From Candidatus Cloacimonadota bacterium (GTDB lineage Bacteria > Cloacimonadota > Cloacimonadia > G963667145), in contig OY762940.1 in the NCBI GenBank assembly GCA_963667255.1, positions 192,001 to 256,000 of the forward strand: 64,000 nucleotides of DNA, read 5' to 3'. The notes below the pieces were generated by a model. The model ran no database searches and was not told the origin of the DNA. It was given only the letters and a program-made list of their open reading frames with translations. Shown here one piece after another: positions 61,835 to 64,000 of the stretch. Every line of letters begins with the position of its first letter. Positions within the stretch are counted from its first letter, which is position 1. Both the position numbers and the translations under genes were made by a program.

Positions 61835-61965
61835 GCACAACATCGTATATAAAACATTTGGCAGTCAGTGGTTTATTGAGCGGCACCGCTCGTGTCAAAA
61901 GTAGTTGCAACTTGACAGGAAAACACCACGTAATCTGCCACTACTCATACAATTTACCATTACCA
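61835..61965 (+). mobile_element. Long attC-like site (131 bp) at right end of the R-M unit, R' degenerate
   Basis: GCACAAC...GTAT...TGGCAG...TGTCAA/TTGACA...CTGCCA...ATAC...ATTACCA; GCACAAC complements the upstream core GTTGTGT at 6/7. Confidence 0.6.
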
Positions 61966-62065
61966 ACTTACAACTCCCCAAACCCAAAAATAATCGTGCA
62001 TCTGCTTTTGACAAATGCACGAAATTAAATGAACAAACAATATTTGCTTCAAAGCCTTACTATAC

Positions 62066-63793
62066 TTATGCTATTTGCCTTGCGATCATTTTAGCAAAGA
62101 TGCCATTTTGGGCTTTTAAAGTTTTAGGAGTTCCACTTTCGGCGACTTTGCCTTCTGCTAAAACAACTATATTGTCAGCGTTTGCCACGGTTCGCATACG
62201 ATGAGCTATAATCAACACCGTTTTATCTCTGATTAATTCGGAAATTCCCGCCTGAATTTTTGTTTCATTTTCCACATCAAGAGAGGCTGTTGCTTCATCA
62301 AGTAAGACAATAGGTGCATTTTTTAGTAAAGCACGAGCGATGGAAATTCTTTGCCTTTCTCCTCCAGAAAGAGTTTCGCCGTTTTCACCGATGATGGTGT
62401 CATAGCCTTGAGGCATTTTGCGGATAAATTCATCGCATTGAGCCAATTTTGCTACCCGAATAATTTCTTCATCACTGGCTTTACGCCTGCCAATTCTGAT
62501 ATTATCCTTGATGGTAGTGTTAAACAGAACCACATCCTGAAAAACAATAGAAAAATTTTTGAGCAGAGTTTCTGGCTCTATTTTACTGATGTCCTGATTG
62601 CCAAGAGTGATTTTGCCTTTTTGAATATCCCAAAAGCGAGCGGCCAACTTTGCGGAGGTGCTTTTTCCTCCTCCAGATGGTCCAACCAAGGCGGTGATTT
62701 CACCTTGTTTTGCCATGAATGACACATCTTGCAAGACCAGCTTGTCTTTTTCGTAAGCAAAATCGACATTCTCAAATTTTATGTCGTAATTATCGGGAGA
62801 AAAATCTGTTTTTCCTTGTTGAATAGGCATTGCTTGCATCTCGTTCATTCGGTTGATGCGTACATTTAGGTAGAGCAAAGCAGCAAGATGACCAAAAACT
62901 TCGTTGATAGGATTGTAAATACTGGCGGAAATCATCAAAAAAATCAAATAGACAAACAAGTCGATAGTTCCGTTTGTCACCAAATTTGCACCAACAATAA
63001 TAACTCCTGCAAGTCCCAATTTCAAAACACTTTGAGCACTATGCACCATCGCCCCTGTGAAGAGTTCGCCACTTATCAGATGCTTTTCATATATAGTGAT
63101 GATGTTGTCTAATTCTTCCACATATTTTTTTTCTTGATTGTAAGACTTCATTTCTTGGATAGTGTCCAAGCCTTCCTGAATTTTTTCGCTGACATCTCGC
63201 TTAGTTAAATAACCAATTTTGTTCTCTTTATCGATTCTTTTTTTGGATAGAAAAATCAACCCTGTAGCAACAGGAACTACCCAAAACAGAGCCAAAGCCA
63301 ATTGCCAATTATAGCAAAAAAGTCCGATAGCAATCAGCATAATGCTGAAAATTGAAGCAAATAGTTGCGGAACAGCATGGGAAAAAGTTTCTTCCAAATC
63401 GGTGTTATCGTTCATTATGGTGGAGGTTAAATCTGATAGATTTTTTTCTCCGAAAAATGCCAAAGGTAATTTACGAAGTTTCTCTGCTAAGGAAATGCGG
63501 CGATTTGCACTTTCTTCGTAAACCGTGGTATAGGTGCTTTTGTATTGTATCATAGATATAATAAACATAATGAGCATAAACCCAAGCCCAAGCAAAATGT
63601 AATAGCCAACTCCATGAGTGATGATGCTTTCGGGGTCTATGATTTTGTTTAGATACTCACTCAAAAAAATGAACATATAAACTGCAGGTAGCATCAAAGC
63701 GAGATTGAGCAAAGAGCTAAAAACAGTTCCTTTTGCAAAATCTTTGGCGCCTTTTTGGGAAAGAGCAAATTTTTTTTGGATAATCTTAAGCAT
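62066..63793 (-). CDS. ABC transporter TMD+NBD (YbtQ/IrtB-like)
   Basis: GPSGGGKS, LSGGERQRISIAR, DEATASLD. Confidence 0.88.
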   Translation of the reverse strand: MLKIIQKKFALSQKGAKDFAKGTVFSSLLNLALMLPAVYMFIFLSEYLNKIIDPESIITHGVGYYILLGLGFMLIMFIISMIQYKSTYTTVYEESANRRISLAEKLRKLPLAFFGEKNLSDLTSTIMNDNTDLEETFSHAVPQLFASIFSIMLIAIGLFCYNWQLALALFWVVPVATGLIFLSKKRIDKENKIGYLTKRDVSEKIQEGLDTIQEMKSYNQEKKYVEELDNIITIYEKHLISGELFTGAMVHSAQSVLKLGLAGVIIVGANLVTNGTIDLFVYLIFLMISASIYNPINEVFGHLAALLYLNVRINRMNEMQAMPIQQGKTDFSPDNYDIKFENVDFAYEKDKLVLQDVSFMAKQGEITALVGPSGGGKSTSAKLAARFWDIQKGKITLGNQDISKIEPETLLKNFSIVFQDVVLFNTTIKDNIRIGRRKASDEEIIRVAKLAQCDEFIRKMPQGYDTIIGENGETLSGGERQRISIARALLKNAPIVLLDEATASLDVENETKIQAGISELIRDKTVLIIAHRMRTVANADNIVVLAEGKVAESGTPKTLKAQNGIFAKMIARQIA

Positions 63794-64000
63794 TGCAAGC
63801 CTCCTTTCCGATAGTCCACTGAACCGATTTTTGATATTCGTTCCACATTTTTAGATAAATTCCGTTTTGCTTAAGCAACTCTTCGTGGTTACCTTGTTCA
63901 GCGATTTTGCCGTTGTTGATAACCAAGATATTGTCGGCATTTTGCACACTGGTTAGCCGATGTGCTATCATCAAAACCGTTTTCCCTTTAGCCAACACAC
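63786..64000 (-). CDS. ABC transporter C-terminus (partner subunit; starts outside window)
   Basis: KTVLMIAHRL...ADNILVI..G.IAEQG.H.ELL. Confidence 0.85.
   Translation of the reverse strand, partial: VLAKGKTVLMIAHRLTSVQNADNILVINNGKIAEQGNHEELLKQNGIYLKMWNEYQKSVQWTIGKEACNA

Noticed and set aside
61595..62204. Several short overlapping ORFs after the nuclease gene
   Set aside because: They span the attC-like palindrome and intergenic DNA, with no motifs or convincing starts.

Overview
Bacterial chromosome segment, probably from an anaerobic diderm (lineage not established from sequence alone). 1-14.2 kb (- strand): tuf followed by the S10-spc-alpha ribosomal protein cluster, ending in a truncated rpoA. 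14.4-15.2 kb: fabI. 15.3-23.6 kb: repeat-rich accessory island where a Type IIG/ISP-like restriction-modification gene is split by a 3.2 kb insert holding a truncated REP-associated tyrosine transposase (RAYT), several palindromic REP families and a 1079-bp tandem duplication of two small genes. 23.6-48.6 kb: mostly housekeeping (two antiporter-EIIA fusions, three tRNAs, LysM/M23, MsbA-like ABC, surE, nucleoside/purine catabolism, ygfK, ogt, pdp, dtd) plus a 1614-aa repeat lipoprotein. 48.7-51.0 kb: best novelty candidate, an AT-rich attC-terminated unit encoding a radical SAM/SPASM enzyme (frameshifted at an A9 run), an unannotated 8-codon peptide MCCKIWKD with a perfect Shine-Dalgarno, and an ATP-grasp ligase, i.e. 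a possible minimal RiPP system. 51.2-57.5 kb: trp operon headed by a fused PhzE-like TrpEG. 58-62 kb: two-methyltransferase R-M system bounded by attC-like sites. The window ends in an ABC transporter pair. No integron integrase or CRISPR array was seen. All family calls come from motif recognition by eye, not database searches.
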